40,606 nt of DNA. It comes from Lentisphaerota bacterium. GTDB lineage: Bacteria; Verrucomicrobiota; Lentisphaeria; Oligosphaerales; PUNB01. Below the pieces are notes generated by a model that had not been told where the DNA came from, ran no database searches, and worked only from the letters and a program-made list of their open reading frames with translations. The stretch lies in contig PUNB01000062.1 in NCBI GenBank assembly GCA_003552565.1, positions 1 through 40,606 of the forward strand. Direction: 5' to 3'. Shown here piece after piece: positions 25,968 to 34,523 of the stretch. Position numbers and translations under genes: made by a program. Position 1 is the stretch's first letter. Each line of letters begins with the position of its first letter.

Positions 25968-26654
25968 ATGAACACGCGCACCGATGAAATCAAGCAGCGG
26001 GCAGCGACATTATTGAAACACATTGAAGAACTTGCCGCCAATCAACAACATGGAAGCGGCCAGGTGCGGCTGATCGCGGTTACCAAAACACGTCCGGTTG
26101 CAACCATTAAAGCCGCGTACAACGCCGGACTGAAGTGTTTCGGAGAAAACCGAGTACAGGAACTGGCAGAAAAAGCTCCCAGCCTGCCTTCTGATATTGA
26201 ATGGCACATGATCGGCCATTTGCAGCGCAATAAAGTACGGCACGCGGTGCGGCTCTCCGCCTGCATACATTCGGTTGACTCGCTAGAGCTGCTCCATCGG
26301 ATCGACCGCGTGGCGGGAGAGGAAAGCCGACATCCCGCCATTCTTTTACAAATAAACCTGTCAGGAGAAGACACCAAGAGCGGGGCGTCCCCCGAGGAAG
26401 GAACACTTTTGGCAACAGCAGCGTTGAACTGTCGCAATCTGCAGTGTAAAGGCCTGATGACAATGGCTCCCTATCACGCAGGAGAAGAAGAACTGCATGA
26501 TATTTTTGCCGGTTTGCGAAAACTGCGGGACCGAATCGCTTCAGAAACAGACCTGGATCTGCCGGAACTTTCGATGGGAATGTCAAACGACTATGAAGCA
26601 GCCATTGCGGAAGGCGCCACCATGGTGCGCATCGGCAGCGCGCTCTTTGGATAG
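25968..26654 (+). CDS. yggS: YggS-family pyridoxal-phosphate homeostasis protein
   Basis: 'LIAVTKTRP' (PLP lysine), 'FGENRVQE', 'HMIGHLQRNK' and 'SMGMSNDYE..I..G.T.VRIGSALFG'. Confidence 0.92.
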   Translation: MNTRTDEIKQRAATLLKHIEELAANQQHGSGQVRLIAVTKTRPVATIKAAYNAGLKCFGENRVQELAEKAPSLPSDIEWHMIGHLQRNKVRHAVRLSACIHSVDSLELLHRIDRVAGEESRHPAILLQINLSGEDTKSGASPEEGTLLATAALNCRNLQCKGLMTMAPYHAGEEELHDIFAGLRKLRDRIASETDLDLPELSMGMSNDYEAAIAEGATMVRIGSALFG

Positions 26655-27325
26655 AGGGTATACGAAAAGGGTTCGAGGCTTGATTTTGTGCTAACCTTGT
26701 CCCGAACCTTGTCACGCACCTTGTCGCATACGCCTCAGGCGGATCGCACACCTTGTCCCAAACTCTGACCCTATCCGTGTTATAATCCGTGGTTCTAAAA
26801 AAACGGCTCTACAGGAAATCCCAAGTGTAATGTGTTAAAGAGATTCGAGTGTACGAGTACGTGTACGAGTACGGGAAGCGCTGCATCGTCATACGGTTTC
26901 GTACTCGTACACCTACTCGTACACGCAAATCTTTCGATTCCTGCCTGCTACCCCGAGGGAGAGACTTATTTAATGGTTTCTGGTGTCAGGTGTCAAGTCC
27001 TGACTAAAAGTTGACACCTTATTAATAGCTAGACCCCATGCGAAAAGGTGTATGCAGTCTCTACACGCACAAGAAAAATAAAACTTTGTCTCGCACCTAG
27101 TCTGGTTTTCTGTCGATTCCTCATTTTTCAGACTAAGTGCGAGACAAGGTGCGAGACTAGATGGGCACAAAATGCCCTGACACCTGAACACTGAAACCTG
27201 AAACCAAGAAGTCTCACATAAGCCCCGCCATCGGCGCGAAGCACGCCGGATACCCCGAGGGAGAAACATCGAACATTGAACACCGAACATTGATCGACGA
27301 ACGAAGAACCGTGTTTCACATAAGC
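26653..27325. repeat. Mosaic repeat cluster (~670 bp) between convergent yggS and the DUF4168 gene
   Basis: Modules in order are a CGAAAAGG module, four ACCTTGTC units with an inserted CCTCAGGCGG hairpin, and 'TCCGTGGTTCTAAAAAAA'. Next come the GTGTACGAGTAC hairpin (26849-26924), a CACCTGA module and a CATGCGAAAAGG module. The cluster ends with a CGAGACAAGG hairpin (27083-27160), a CACCTGAACACTGAAACCTGAAACC module, a core element (27211-27267) and a CGACGAACGAAG module. Confidence 0.9.
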
Positions 27326-27341
27326 TAATTAGCTGGATAAA

Positions 27342-28112
27342 CTATTCCATCGGCTGCACCGGAACCTCCTGCTGCTGCTGGGGCTCGGGCTGCGGTGATT
27401 CCGCTTCAATAATTTCCAGAAAATCATCCTGCAACTCCAGATCGTACTGCAAAAGCTCCATGATTTTTTCATAACGGTCTAGCCCCATACCGACCGCTTC
27501 GGCTTTTTCTTCCAAGGTTTTTTCCGCTTCCTCGATTATACTCTGAACGGCGGCCTCGTCTTCAACCCCGGCTAAATTCTGCTGTAGATTCTGACGCAGC
27601 TGCTGCAGTTCAATAAAAACTTCCGCCGTCTGGTCCAGCTCACCATCCGCCAAATCTTCACCGGTCAATTCCGGTTCGCCTCTGACCAGCAGAAGAAATT
27701 CACGCTGCAGCTCCCGCTCCTGCTCAATCGCCTGCATGATCTGCTCGTGCTCCTGCAATGAAATACCGGCCTCTTCGGCAACTGCTTCCAGCTCTTCCTC
27801 AGCCTTGGCGATTCGTTCCTGAACCACTTGCTGATCCTCAACACCAATCAGTTCTTCCTGCAATTCCTGGTTCAGCTCTTCTGCCTTCTGCTGAACCATG
27901 GCGGCCGCCTCCAGTTTCTCCTGATCGACATCTTCAGGATCCATGGCCGGCGCTTGCGGCATCATTTGCGGCGCCTGCTGGGGTGCTTGCTGCGGAGCCT
28001 GCTGCGGCTGTTGTGCCCTAACACCAAGATTCAAACCGAATGCACAGACAACAAAGCCGCTGATGGCGCCGACAATAATCTTTTCTTTGGATAGATTCAT
28101 AATACTTTTCAT
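27342..28112 (-). CDS. Secreted protein with two DUF4168-like repeats
   Basis: Signal/transmembrane segment and a PQQA-rich linker, followed by two copies of a ~90-aa E/Q-rich unit ('...AEE.GISLQEHEQIMQAIEQERELQREF' and '...AEAVGMGLDRYEKIMELLQYDLELQDDF') resembling DUF4168. Confidence 0.55.
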   Translation of the reverse strand: MKSIMNLSKEKIIVGAISGFVVCAFGLNLGVRAQQPQQAPQQAPQQAPQMMPQAPAMDPEDVDQEKLEAAAMVQQKAEELNQELQEELIGVEDQQVVQERIAKAEEELEAVAEEAGISLQEHEQIMQAIEQERELQREFLLLVRGEPELTGEDLADGELDQTAEVFIELQQLRQNLQQNLAGVEDEAAVQSIIEEAEKTLEEKAEAVGMGLDRYEKIMELLQYDLELQDDFLEIIEAESPQPEPQQQQEVPVQPME

Positions 28113-28151
28113 TGGATTTTCCTTTCTTTTATTCTATTCTGGGTACATAAA

Positions 28152-28290
28152 CTTATGTGAGACCTCGCGGTTTCAGTGTTCAGGTGTCATCTCTGAAACC
28201 CGAAACCTGACTCCAAAAACCATTCAGCAAGTCCTAAACTCAGGGTATCCGGCGCATCGCGCCGGCGATCTGGCTTGTCGGCAGAATCAT
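28152..28290. repeat. Repeat cluster upstream of the DUF4168 gene
   Basis: Core tail 'CTTATGTGAGAC', a GGTTTCAGTGTTCAGGTGTC / CTGAAACC hairpin, and the core centre 'GGGTATCCGGCGCATCGCGCCGGCG'. Confidence 0.8.
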
Positions 28291-28456
28291 ATAGCCAATA
28301 AGCACGCGGGAACTTAGAAACTTACAATAAAAGCAAGTTCCGACAATCAACCTACGAAACTCGCTCAGCCATCCCCTAAAACGTTTTGGGGAAGATGAAA
28401 AAGTGTCACTGATACTGGTCTCAAGGGTGTAGCGACTTCACGGCAATAAATAGATG

Positions 28457-28496
28457 AATCAACTCATGCCGCGCTGTGGCGCGGCATGAGTTGATT
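28457..28496 (-). terminator. Probable intrinsic terminator of the GSMT-SDMT operon
   Basis: Perfect 18-bp stem (AATCAACTCATGCCGCGC / GCGCGGCATGAGTTGATT) with a 4-nt loop, 5 nt beyond the SDMT stop. On the minus strand it is followed by a moderately T-rich tract (CATCTATTTATT). Confidence 0.5.
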
Positions 28497-28501
28497 ATCT
28501 G

Positions 28502-29338
28502 TCAGGCTTTCTTGAAAAGAAAGATCCCCCAGGTCAAGTAACCTTTATTGCCGCCGTCAACCCAATGACGAAGTCCTTTTTTCATATTGGCTATATATTC
28601 CTCAGAGACCTGCCCCTTAAGCTTTGCCTCATTCTTTTCAAGTTCCGCCAGCACTCGCGAATAGTGAGCCGGCAGCTGCTCGGAATGATCGACAAACCGC
28701 TGTTCCCGCAGACCATGCTTTTCAGCCGCCCGGCGATAAAACTCGACCGATCCCAAAGTGCTGAGCTGAAGCCGGTCAAGAATCGGCTGGAGCATTTCAT
28801 TCGAACAGTCCTCGCGCTTCATAGGGTCCGTGAAAACAAACTCCCCGCCCGGCTTGAGCAGCCGGCCGACTTCTTCAATCACTTTCTCCCTATCGCCACT
28901 GTGCAGAAATGAGTCCTGAGACCAGACAACATCAAAAGCACCGTCTTCACAAGGAACATCTTCAAAACTGGCGTCGATCACCTCGATCAAATGATCCAGC
29001 CCCTGCTCTCGATTCATTTGCCGATCGCGTTCGTTCTCCGTTTCGCTGAGATTAAGCGCCGTCACCCGGCAGCCATAAGTTTTGGCCAGATAACGGGCCG
29101 CGCCTCCGTAGCCGGCGCCTAGGTCGAGCACTCTGGCTTCAGAGTCGAGTCTTTGACAAAGGCCGGCCATTTCTTCGACCGTTCTCCGACTGGCCTCGAA
29201 GATAGATTCATCATCGCTTAAATACTTGCCGATGTGAATATCCTCTCCGCCCCAAATTGTGTAGTAAAAGGTGTCGGCGTCAGTGCTGTTGTAATAGCTT
29301 CTGGCCGTTTCCACCGCTTTATCATATTGCTTTTCCAT
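28502..29338 (-). CDS. Sarcosine/dimethylglycine N-methyltransferase (SDMT)
   Basis: 'ARSYYNSTDADTFYYTIWGGEDIHIGKY' and 'VLDLGAGYGGAARYLA' match the SDMT/DMT enzymes of halophile glycine-betaine synthesis. The gene is 2 nt downstream of a GSMT-like gene. Confidence 0.8.
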   Translation of the reverse strand: MEKQYDKAVETARSYYNSTDADTFYYTIWGGEDIHIGKYLSDDESIFEASRRTVEEMAGLCQRLDSEARVLDLGAGYGGAARYLAKTYGCRVTALNLSETENERDRQMNREQGLDHLIEVIDASFEDVPCEDGAFDVVWSQDSFLHSGDREKVIEEVGRLLKPGGEFVFTDPMKREDCSNEMLQPILDRLQLSTLGSVEFYRRAAEKHGLREQRFVDHSEQLPAHYSRVLAELEKNEAKLKGQVSEEYIANMKKGLRHWVDGGNKGYLTWGIFLFKKA

Positions 29339-29340
29339 AA

Positions 29341-30135
29341 TTATTCTCCTTCGATGTATTTTTTCTCGGCCACATGGATGTAAAAATCCGGTTCTTCCTC
29401 CCGATAGGTTTCCTGAAAATCACCATAGGTGTTGACTCTCTGGAAACCGACTTCACCGAGCAGTCTGACCGTATAATCCTTGCGAATGGGAAACATATTC
29501 AAATGGTAAACCTTATCATCGGGGAAAGAGTAGCGAAAGCGAGCCAGGCCGTCGTCGACATGTTCCGGCTCCACTCTGATGTCGTCACCGCAGTAATAAA
29601 AGGTGTGCTTACTGGAGTATCCCTGATCGAGAATGGCGTCATAATTACGCTGGTCCAGAATCAGAATGCCGTCATGTTTGAGCATGGCGTAATACTCAGC
29701 CAAAGTTTTCCGCCGGTCATTTTCATTAAACAAATGAGTAAAAGAATTGCCGAGGCAGATAATAGCGTCGTACTCGGTGTGAACGTCCCGGTTTAGAAAA
29801 CGCCAGTCTGCCAGCACTGTTCTCAGAATGTGTCCGCGGCGTGAGGCGTTTTCAAACGCCTTGCACAGCATTTGCGCCGAACCGTCGACACTGACGACTT
29901 CAAAGCCCTCTTCCAGTAAACGCACAGAGTGAAAACCGGTGCCGGTGGCGACATCCAGAACGCGCTTGGCTCCGTGTTGACGCAGGGTGTCAATGAAAAA
30001 AGAACCCTCGCTTTTCATGCGTCCGTCCCAGTCAATCAGTTCATCCCATTTATCGACGAAACCTTCGACGTATTCTTCTTTGTAGTGAGTTGTATCTCTT
30101 ACTTCCAGTGGATCATGTCCAAATTGCTGTTCCAT
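29341..30135 (-). CDS. Glycine/sarcosine N-methyltransferase (GSMT)
   Basis: 'QFGHDPLEVRDTTHYKEEYVEGFVDKWDELIDWDGRMKSEG.FF' and 'RVLDVATGTGFHSVRLLEEGF.VVSVDGS' closely match characterised GSMTs of the Halorhodospira/Aphanothece type. Confidence 0.8.
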   Translation of the reverse strand: MEQQFGHDPLEVRDTTHYKEEYVEGFVDKWDELIDWDGRMKSEGSFFIDTLRQHGAKRVLDVATGTGFHSVRLLEEGFEVVSVDGSAQMLCKAFENASRRGHILRTVLADWRFLNRDVHTEYDAIICLGNSFTHLFNENDRRKTLAEYYAMLKHDGILILDQRNYDAILDQGYSSKHTFYYCGDDIRVEPEHVDDGLARFRYSFPDDKVYHLNMFPIRKDYTVRLLGEVGFQRVNTYGDFQETYREEEPDFYIHVAEKKYIEGE

Positions 30136-30438
30136 AATTTCCTTTCTTCGTTTTTTGTGAATACTATCAACCCGCTGAAATCCTTGTCGAATAAAATATT
30201 CGGACTTCGCCGGCCATTTGCAACAGCCGCAACTTTAACTCAGAAGGGGCCAGTACCGGCGAAAGCTGTGTATCGCAGGCAAAAGCTTTTACACTATAAC
30301 CGATTAAAAAGTTTGCAAGAGCAAACTGGCAAAATTGATCGTCAATAAAGATTTTGCAATTGGCTTTCATATAGAGTATAGTAATATCCACAACCATATT
30401 GACCAAGTAAACCGCCTGTTCGCAAGCGTCAAAAACCC

Positions 30439-31815
30439 ATGAACAAACATTATATTCTCACAACAACAATAGCAGTCATTCTGCTCACCGCCGCCAGAAC
30501 GCCAGTGCTCGCGGACGGCAGCGATAGTGAAGAGTCCATCCGGCGCACGGAGATGGTCAAGGCAGTCGAAAAGGTGGTGCCGACAGTGGTCAATATTTCC
30601 GCCGAGAGGCTGGTCAGAGTATCAGACCCATTTGAAAGCTTTTTCCGTGATTTCTTCGAGCTTCCGCCCGAACGTTACCGCCGGGAAAACACCCCTGTTG
30701 GAAGCGGGGTGATCATTGCCTCACCAGGCTTGATATTAACCAATCTGCACGTTATCCGCAGGGCCTCCGGCATTGAAGTAAGGTTAAACGATAAAACCTC
30801 TTACCCCGCCCGGGTTGCAGCTTTCGATCAAGTCAATGATTTGGCGCTGCTGATGCTGGAGCCGGACTCGGAAAATAATTCTGAATACAACCTGCCGCCA
30901 ATCAACTTTGCCTGGCCGGATGACCTATATCTGGCTGAGCCGGTGGCCGCGGTGGGCAATCCATTCGGGCTGGAAAGCAGTGTAACCACCGGCATAATCA
31001 GCGCCCTCAACCGCCACTGGCGAAGCGGTGAAATGCATTTTGATGATATTGTGCAGACAGACAGCGCCATCAACCCCGGCAACAGCGGCGGCCCGCTGAT
31101 CAATCTCGAAGGAGAACTGATCGGCATCAATCTGGCAATTCGCGCCGGCGCCGAAGGGATAGGTTTCGCCATTCCCGTCCGCAGACTTGAAAAAGTGCTT
31201 GCTGAATGGCTCAGACCACGTTATTTTTCCACTGGCACGATTGGTTTCTCCCCCTTGAACCATCTTGACGCCGAAAACAACTGGCGCCTGATCGCCGGCG
31301 ACGTGGAGGAAGACGGACCGGCCGCCGAAAGCGGGCTGCGGGAAGGGGATGTCATCAAAGCAATCAACGGCCGCACCGTCCGTCGAGCCCTGGAGGCAGG
31401 CAGAGAACTGTGGCATCTGGAGCCGGGAGATGACATTGAATTGACCTTGGATTCCGGCGAGCTGATTACATTCGTCATTCCGTCAATGAGTGACCGGCAG
31501 CTGATTGATCAAAGGTTAAGACTGCAGACTCAAGAGCTGTCCACGGCTCTAAAAGAGGCGCTGCGTCTCCCGCGGGAAGTACAGGGATTAATTGTCAGCG
31601 ACGTTTATGAACACAACGATTTCAGGGACAGAATCGGACGCGGCGATATTATCCTCAGTTTCGATTCCCGCCATATCAGCGGCAAGGAAGAGCTGGCGGA
31701 GGCGCTGCGGAACAAGCGTGCCGGCGATCCGATTGAACTGCGAATACTGGCGAGCCGCCGCCATCGAGGTCAGCATACTTTGCAGCCGCGCAGTTTGAGA
31801 GTCCTCTTGCGCTAA
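30439..31815 (+). CDS. HtrA/DegP-family serine protease with two PDZ-like regions
   Basis: Signal peptide and a catalytic triad in the contexts 'TNLHVI', 'NDLALL' and 'GNSGGPLIN'. PDZ-like segments include 'GLREGDVIKAINGR'. Confidence 0.88.
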   Translation: MNKHYILTTTIAVILLTAARTPVLADGSDSEESIRRTEMVKAVEKVVPTVVNISAERLVRVSDPFESFFRDFFELPPERYRRENTPVGSGVIIASPGLILTNLHVIRRASGIEVRLNDKTSYPARVAAFDQVNDLALLMLEPDSENNSEYNLPPINFAWPDDLYLAEPVAAVGNPFGLESSVTTGIISALNRHWRSGEMHFDDIVQTDSAINPGNSGGPLINLEGELIGINLAIRAGAEGIGFAIPVRRLEKVLAEWLRPRYFSTGTIGFSPLNHLDAENNWRLIAGDVEEDGPAAESGLREGDVIKAINGRTVRRALEAGRELWHLEPGDDIELTLDSGELITFVIPSMSDRQLIDQRLRLQTQELSTALKEALRLPREVQGLIVSDVYEHNDFRDRIGRGDIILSFDSRHISGKEELAEALRNKRAGDPIELRILASRRHRGQHTLQPRSLRVLLR

Positions 31816-31891
31816 ATTAAAACAACAATTTCACCGTGATCTTCACGGCTGATTATTTATACTGGAACAGTCAACCACTAGGCCAATAAAC

Positions 31892-32179
31892 ATGAAATGG
31901 ACTGATTATCTTTTTACCGTTTTGTTTGTTATCATCCTGTCGGGCACTTTCTTTATTCTGATCCCCCTGCATACTGAATACCACAGAGCCCGCCAAGAGA
32001 AAAGAGAGCTGCGACAGGAACTGCTCCAACAGGAACTTCGGGCGCATCAGCTGCGGCAGGAATTGCGGGCTTTGCGCAACGATCCGGCGACAGTCGAGCG
32101 CATAGCTCGGGAAAAACTGGGATGGAGCCGCGAAGGAGAAACAATATATCACTTTGAATACACCGAGGAGGAAGAGTGA
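31892..32179 (+). CDS. ftsB: Septum formation initiator FtsB/DivIC-family protein
   Basis: 95 aa with an N-terminal transmembrane segment, a leucine-zipper-like coiled coil and the 'ERIAREKLGWSREGETI' tail typical of FtsB. Confidence 0.7.
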   Translation: MKWTDYLFTVLFVIILSGTFFILIPLHTEYHRARQEKRELRQELLQQELRAHQLRQELRALRNDPATVERIAREKLGWSREGETIYHFEYTEEEE

Positions 32180-32182
32180 GTC

Positions 32183-32818
32183 ATGGGGAGCGATGGTGTC
32201 GAAAAAAACCCGCCGCCTGTTCGCAAACTGACCGCACCTTTGCAGGAAGAAGAAGTTAGAAAACTGCACGCCGGTGATTTTGTTGATTTAAGTGGGCAAT
32301 TGTTAACTGCCCGAGACGCGGCTCATAAAAGACTGGCGGCCGCAGAGGAACCGCCGGTTTCCATGCAGCGGAGCATTATATACCATTGCGGTCCAGTAAT
32401 CCTGCCTGACACCGCCGGAGGCTGGCGTATCATTGCCGCCGGCCCAACCACCTCCAGCCGTGAAGAACCCTATATGGCGAATATAATCAGCTCCCTGAAT
32501 CTGCGCATGATCATCGGCAAAGGCGGCATGGGCAATTCCACCCTGGACGCCTGCCGTCGCTGCGGATGCGTTTACGCGCACGCCGTCGGCGGTGCGGCGC
32601 AAGTTCTGGCACAGCTGATTAAAAACGTACAGGGCCCGTTCTGGCCTGAAGAAGGATTGTCGGAAGCAATCTGGAAGCTGGAGGTGAATCATTTCCCCCT
32701 GGTTATCACTATGGACAGCCACGGGAAAAGTATACACTCCGAAGTGAAAACCTACTCAGCCGAGAAACTGACGCGGCTGAAAATGACTCAGCCGTTCAGT
32801 GAACGGCCTGATTATTAA
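32183..32818 (+). CDS. Fe-S hydro-lyase beta-type subunit (FumA C-terminal / TtdB family)
   Basis: 'L.AGD.V.LSG.LLTARDAAHKRL', 'IYHCGP' and 'IGKGGM' are class I fumarase/tartrate dehydratase beta-domain motifs. Confidence 0.8.
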   Translation: MGSDGVEKNPPPVRKLTAPLQEEEVRKLHAGDFVDLSGQLLTARDAAHKRLAAAEEPPVSMQRSIIYHCGPVILPDTAGGWRIIAAGPTTSSREEPYMANIISSLNLRMIIGKGGMGNSTLDACRRCGCVYAHAVGGAAQVLAQLIKNVQGPFWPEEGLSEAIWKLEVNHFPLVITMDSHGKSIHSEVKTYSAEKLTRLKMTQPFSERPDY

Positions 32819-32841
32819 AGCAGGAGAAGGAAACTTAATTT

Positions 32842-33828
32842 ATGAATGAACCCCCGAAAAAACGCGTTTTGTCCGGTATCCAGCCTTCCGGAAGATTGCA
32901 TCTGGGCAATTATTTCGGCATGATTAAACCGGCCGTGGAACTCCAGAATCAAGCCGACAATCAATGCTTCTATTTTATTGCCGATTACCATGCCTTGACG
33001 CAGCTTCCCGACCCTGAACAATTGCGCAGCCACAGCCTGGAAGCGACTCTGGATCTGCTGGCCTGCGGTGTCGACCCGGAGAAAACGGTGCTTTTCCGCC
33101 AGTCCGACATTCCGGAAATCCCCCAGTTGACCTGGATACTGAGCTGTCTCGCCCCGCTCGGACTGCTGGAACGATGCCACAGCTATAAAGACAAAATCAG
33201 CCGCGGATTCTCACCCAACGCGGGACTATTCAATTACCCTGTCCTAATGGCGGCTGATATCCTCGCTTACAATTCTGATTTGGTGCCGGTCGGCAAAGAC
33301 CAGAAACAGCACTTGGAAGTTACCCGCGACCTGGCACAGAAATTTAACTGGCAGTATGGCGATGTACTGGTCGAACCGAAAGCACTGATCCGGGATGAAA
33401 CAGCGGTGGTGCCGGGAATAGACGGCCGGAAAATGTCTAAAAGCTATGATAATTTCATTGAATTATTTGGCCGCGATAAAACCATTCGAGAAAAAATCAT
33501 GCGAATACAAACCGACTCCACTCCCTTGGAAGCGCCGAAAGATCCAGACAAATGCAACGTGTTCGCTCTTTATAAACTGCTGGCTTCTCAAGAGGAAATG
33601 GAAGAAATGCGGGCGGCCTATCTGAAAGGGGGGCTGGGATATGGACATGCGAAAAAAGCGCTGCTGGAAAAATTCCAGGAATACTTCGCCGCTGCCCGCG
33701 AACGGCGTCAGGAACTGGCGCGAACTCCGGAAAAAATAGAAGAAGTCCTCCAGGAAGGCGCCAAAAAAGCCCGAAAAACCACCACAACGGTTCTGGAAAA
33801 AGTACTCAAAGCAATAGGTATACGATGA
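32842..33828 (+). CDS. trpS: Tryptophan--tRNA ligase
   Basis: 'GIQPSGRLHLGNY' (HIGH region), 'GKDQKQHLE' and 'KMSKS'. Confidence 0.93.
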   Translation: MNEPPKKRVLSGIQPSGRLHLGNYFGMIKPAVELQNQADNQCFYFIADYHALTQLPDPEQLRSHSLEATLDLLACGVDPEKTVLFRQSDIPEIPQLTWILSCLAPLGLLERCHSYKDKISRGFSPNAGLFNYPVLMAADILAYNSDLVPVGKDQKQHLEVTRDLAQKFNWQYGDVLVEPKALIRDETAVVPGIDGRKMSKSYDNFIELFGRDKTIREKIMRIQTDSTPLEAPKDPDKCNVFALYKLLASQEEMEEMRAAYLKGGLGYGHAKKALLEKFQEYFAAARERRQELARTPEKIEEVLQEGAKKARKTTTTVLEKVLKAIGIR

Positions 33829-33878
33829 TTCCCCGCCATGCACGCCAAAACAGACCGGAAAATTCCCGCAATTCGCCG

Positions 33879-34397
33879 ATGAACGCGGCGATCGGACTCG
33901 GCGCAAACCGTGAAAAACCTAAACAGACCATTTTAAAAGCGGTGGACAAACTGCGACAATCCGGATTCGCCGACATCCGCTTGTCATCGTTTTATCTGAC
34001 CGAACCAGAAGACTGCCGTCCCGGCACTCCGGACTTTGTCAACGCCGCCGTTGTCGGCCTATGGCCCGCCTCTCCGGAAGAACTGCTTGCCGCCTGCCGA
34101 AAAATAGAACGGGAACTAGGCCGACCGGCGGAGCATGCCAAAGACGAAGCCCGAACCATTGATTTAGATATCCTGATGTTCGATGACCAATATTTACATA
34201 CTGAATCCCTGCGGGTTCCGCACCCCTTGTTGACAGAGCGGCTTTTTGTTTTAACCCCTCTGTCGGAAATTGCCGGCGACTGGATAGTGGGGAAAAACGG
34301 CATAAAAAAGAGCGTCAAGGAGTGGAAGAAAACCCTGAAAACAAACAACCCGGATGCCGTCGGCAAAGTGCGTTTCCTCTGCACAGTTTGCGGCTAA
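33879..34397 (+). CDS. folK: 2-amino-4-hydroxy-6-hydroxymethyldihydropteridine diphosphokinase
   Basis: 'IGLGAN', 'RTIDLDIL' and 'L.VPHP.L.ER.FVL.PL.EI'. The ATG at 33879 was chosen because the homology starts there; the track ORF starts at 33825. Confidence 0.88.
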   Translation: MNAAIGLGANREKPKQTILKAVDKLRQSGFADIRLSSFYLTEPEDCRPGTPDFVNAAVVGLWPASPEELLAACRKIERELGRPAEHAKDEARTIDLDILMFDDQYLHTESLRVPHPLLTERLFVLTPLSEIAGDWIVGKNGIKKSVKEWKKTLKTNNPDAVGKVRFLCTVCG

Positions 34398-34523
34398 GCC
34401 GGAGCAAATCATTGCAGTATATAATATTATGAATAAATTTGATGGATTTTAGGGCTTTACAGGCAGGATTTTTATCAAAAATCAGCATTTTAACGACAAT
34501 CTAAAAAAATCCCGGAGATTGAC

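Noticed and set aside
28373-28391. Small palindrome 'CCCCTAAAACGTTTTGGGG' and surrounding unique DNA (28320-28456) as a possible tRNA or sRNA
   Set aside because: No cloverleaf can be drawn and no conserved tRNA boxes are present. The hairpin is short and isolated, with no T-tract, so there is not enough evidence for any RNA gene.
30200-30300. Glycine-riboswitch-like strings ('CTCAGAAGGGGCC', 'ACCGGCGAAAGC', 'GCAGGCAAAAGC') upstream of the GSMT operon
   Set aside because: They are on the plus strand, which is the wrong strand for the minus-strand GSMT gene. The conserved GGAGAG/ACCGAAGGGGCAA cores are not actually present, so the resemblance is superficial.
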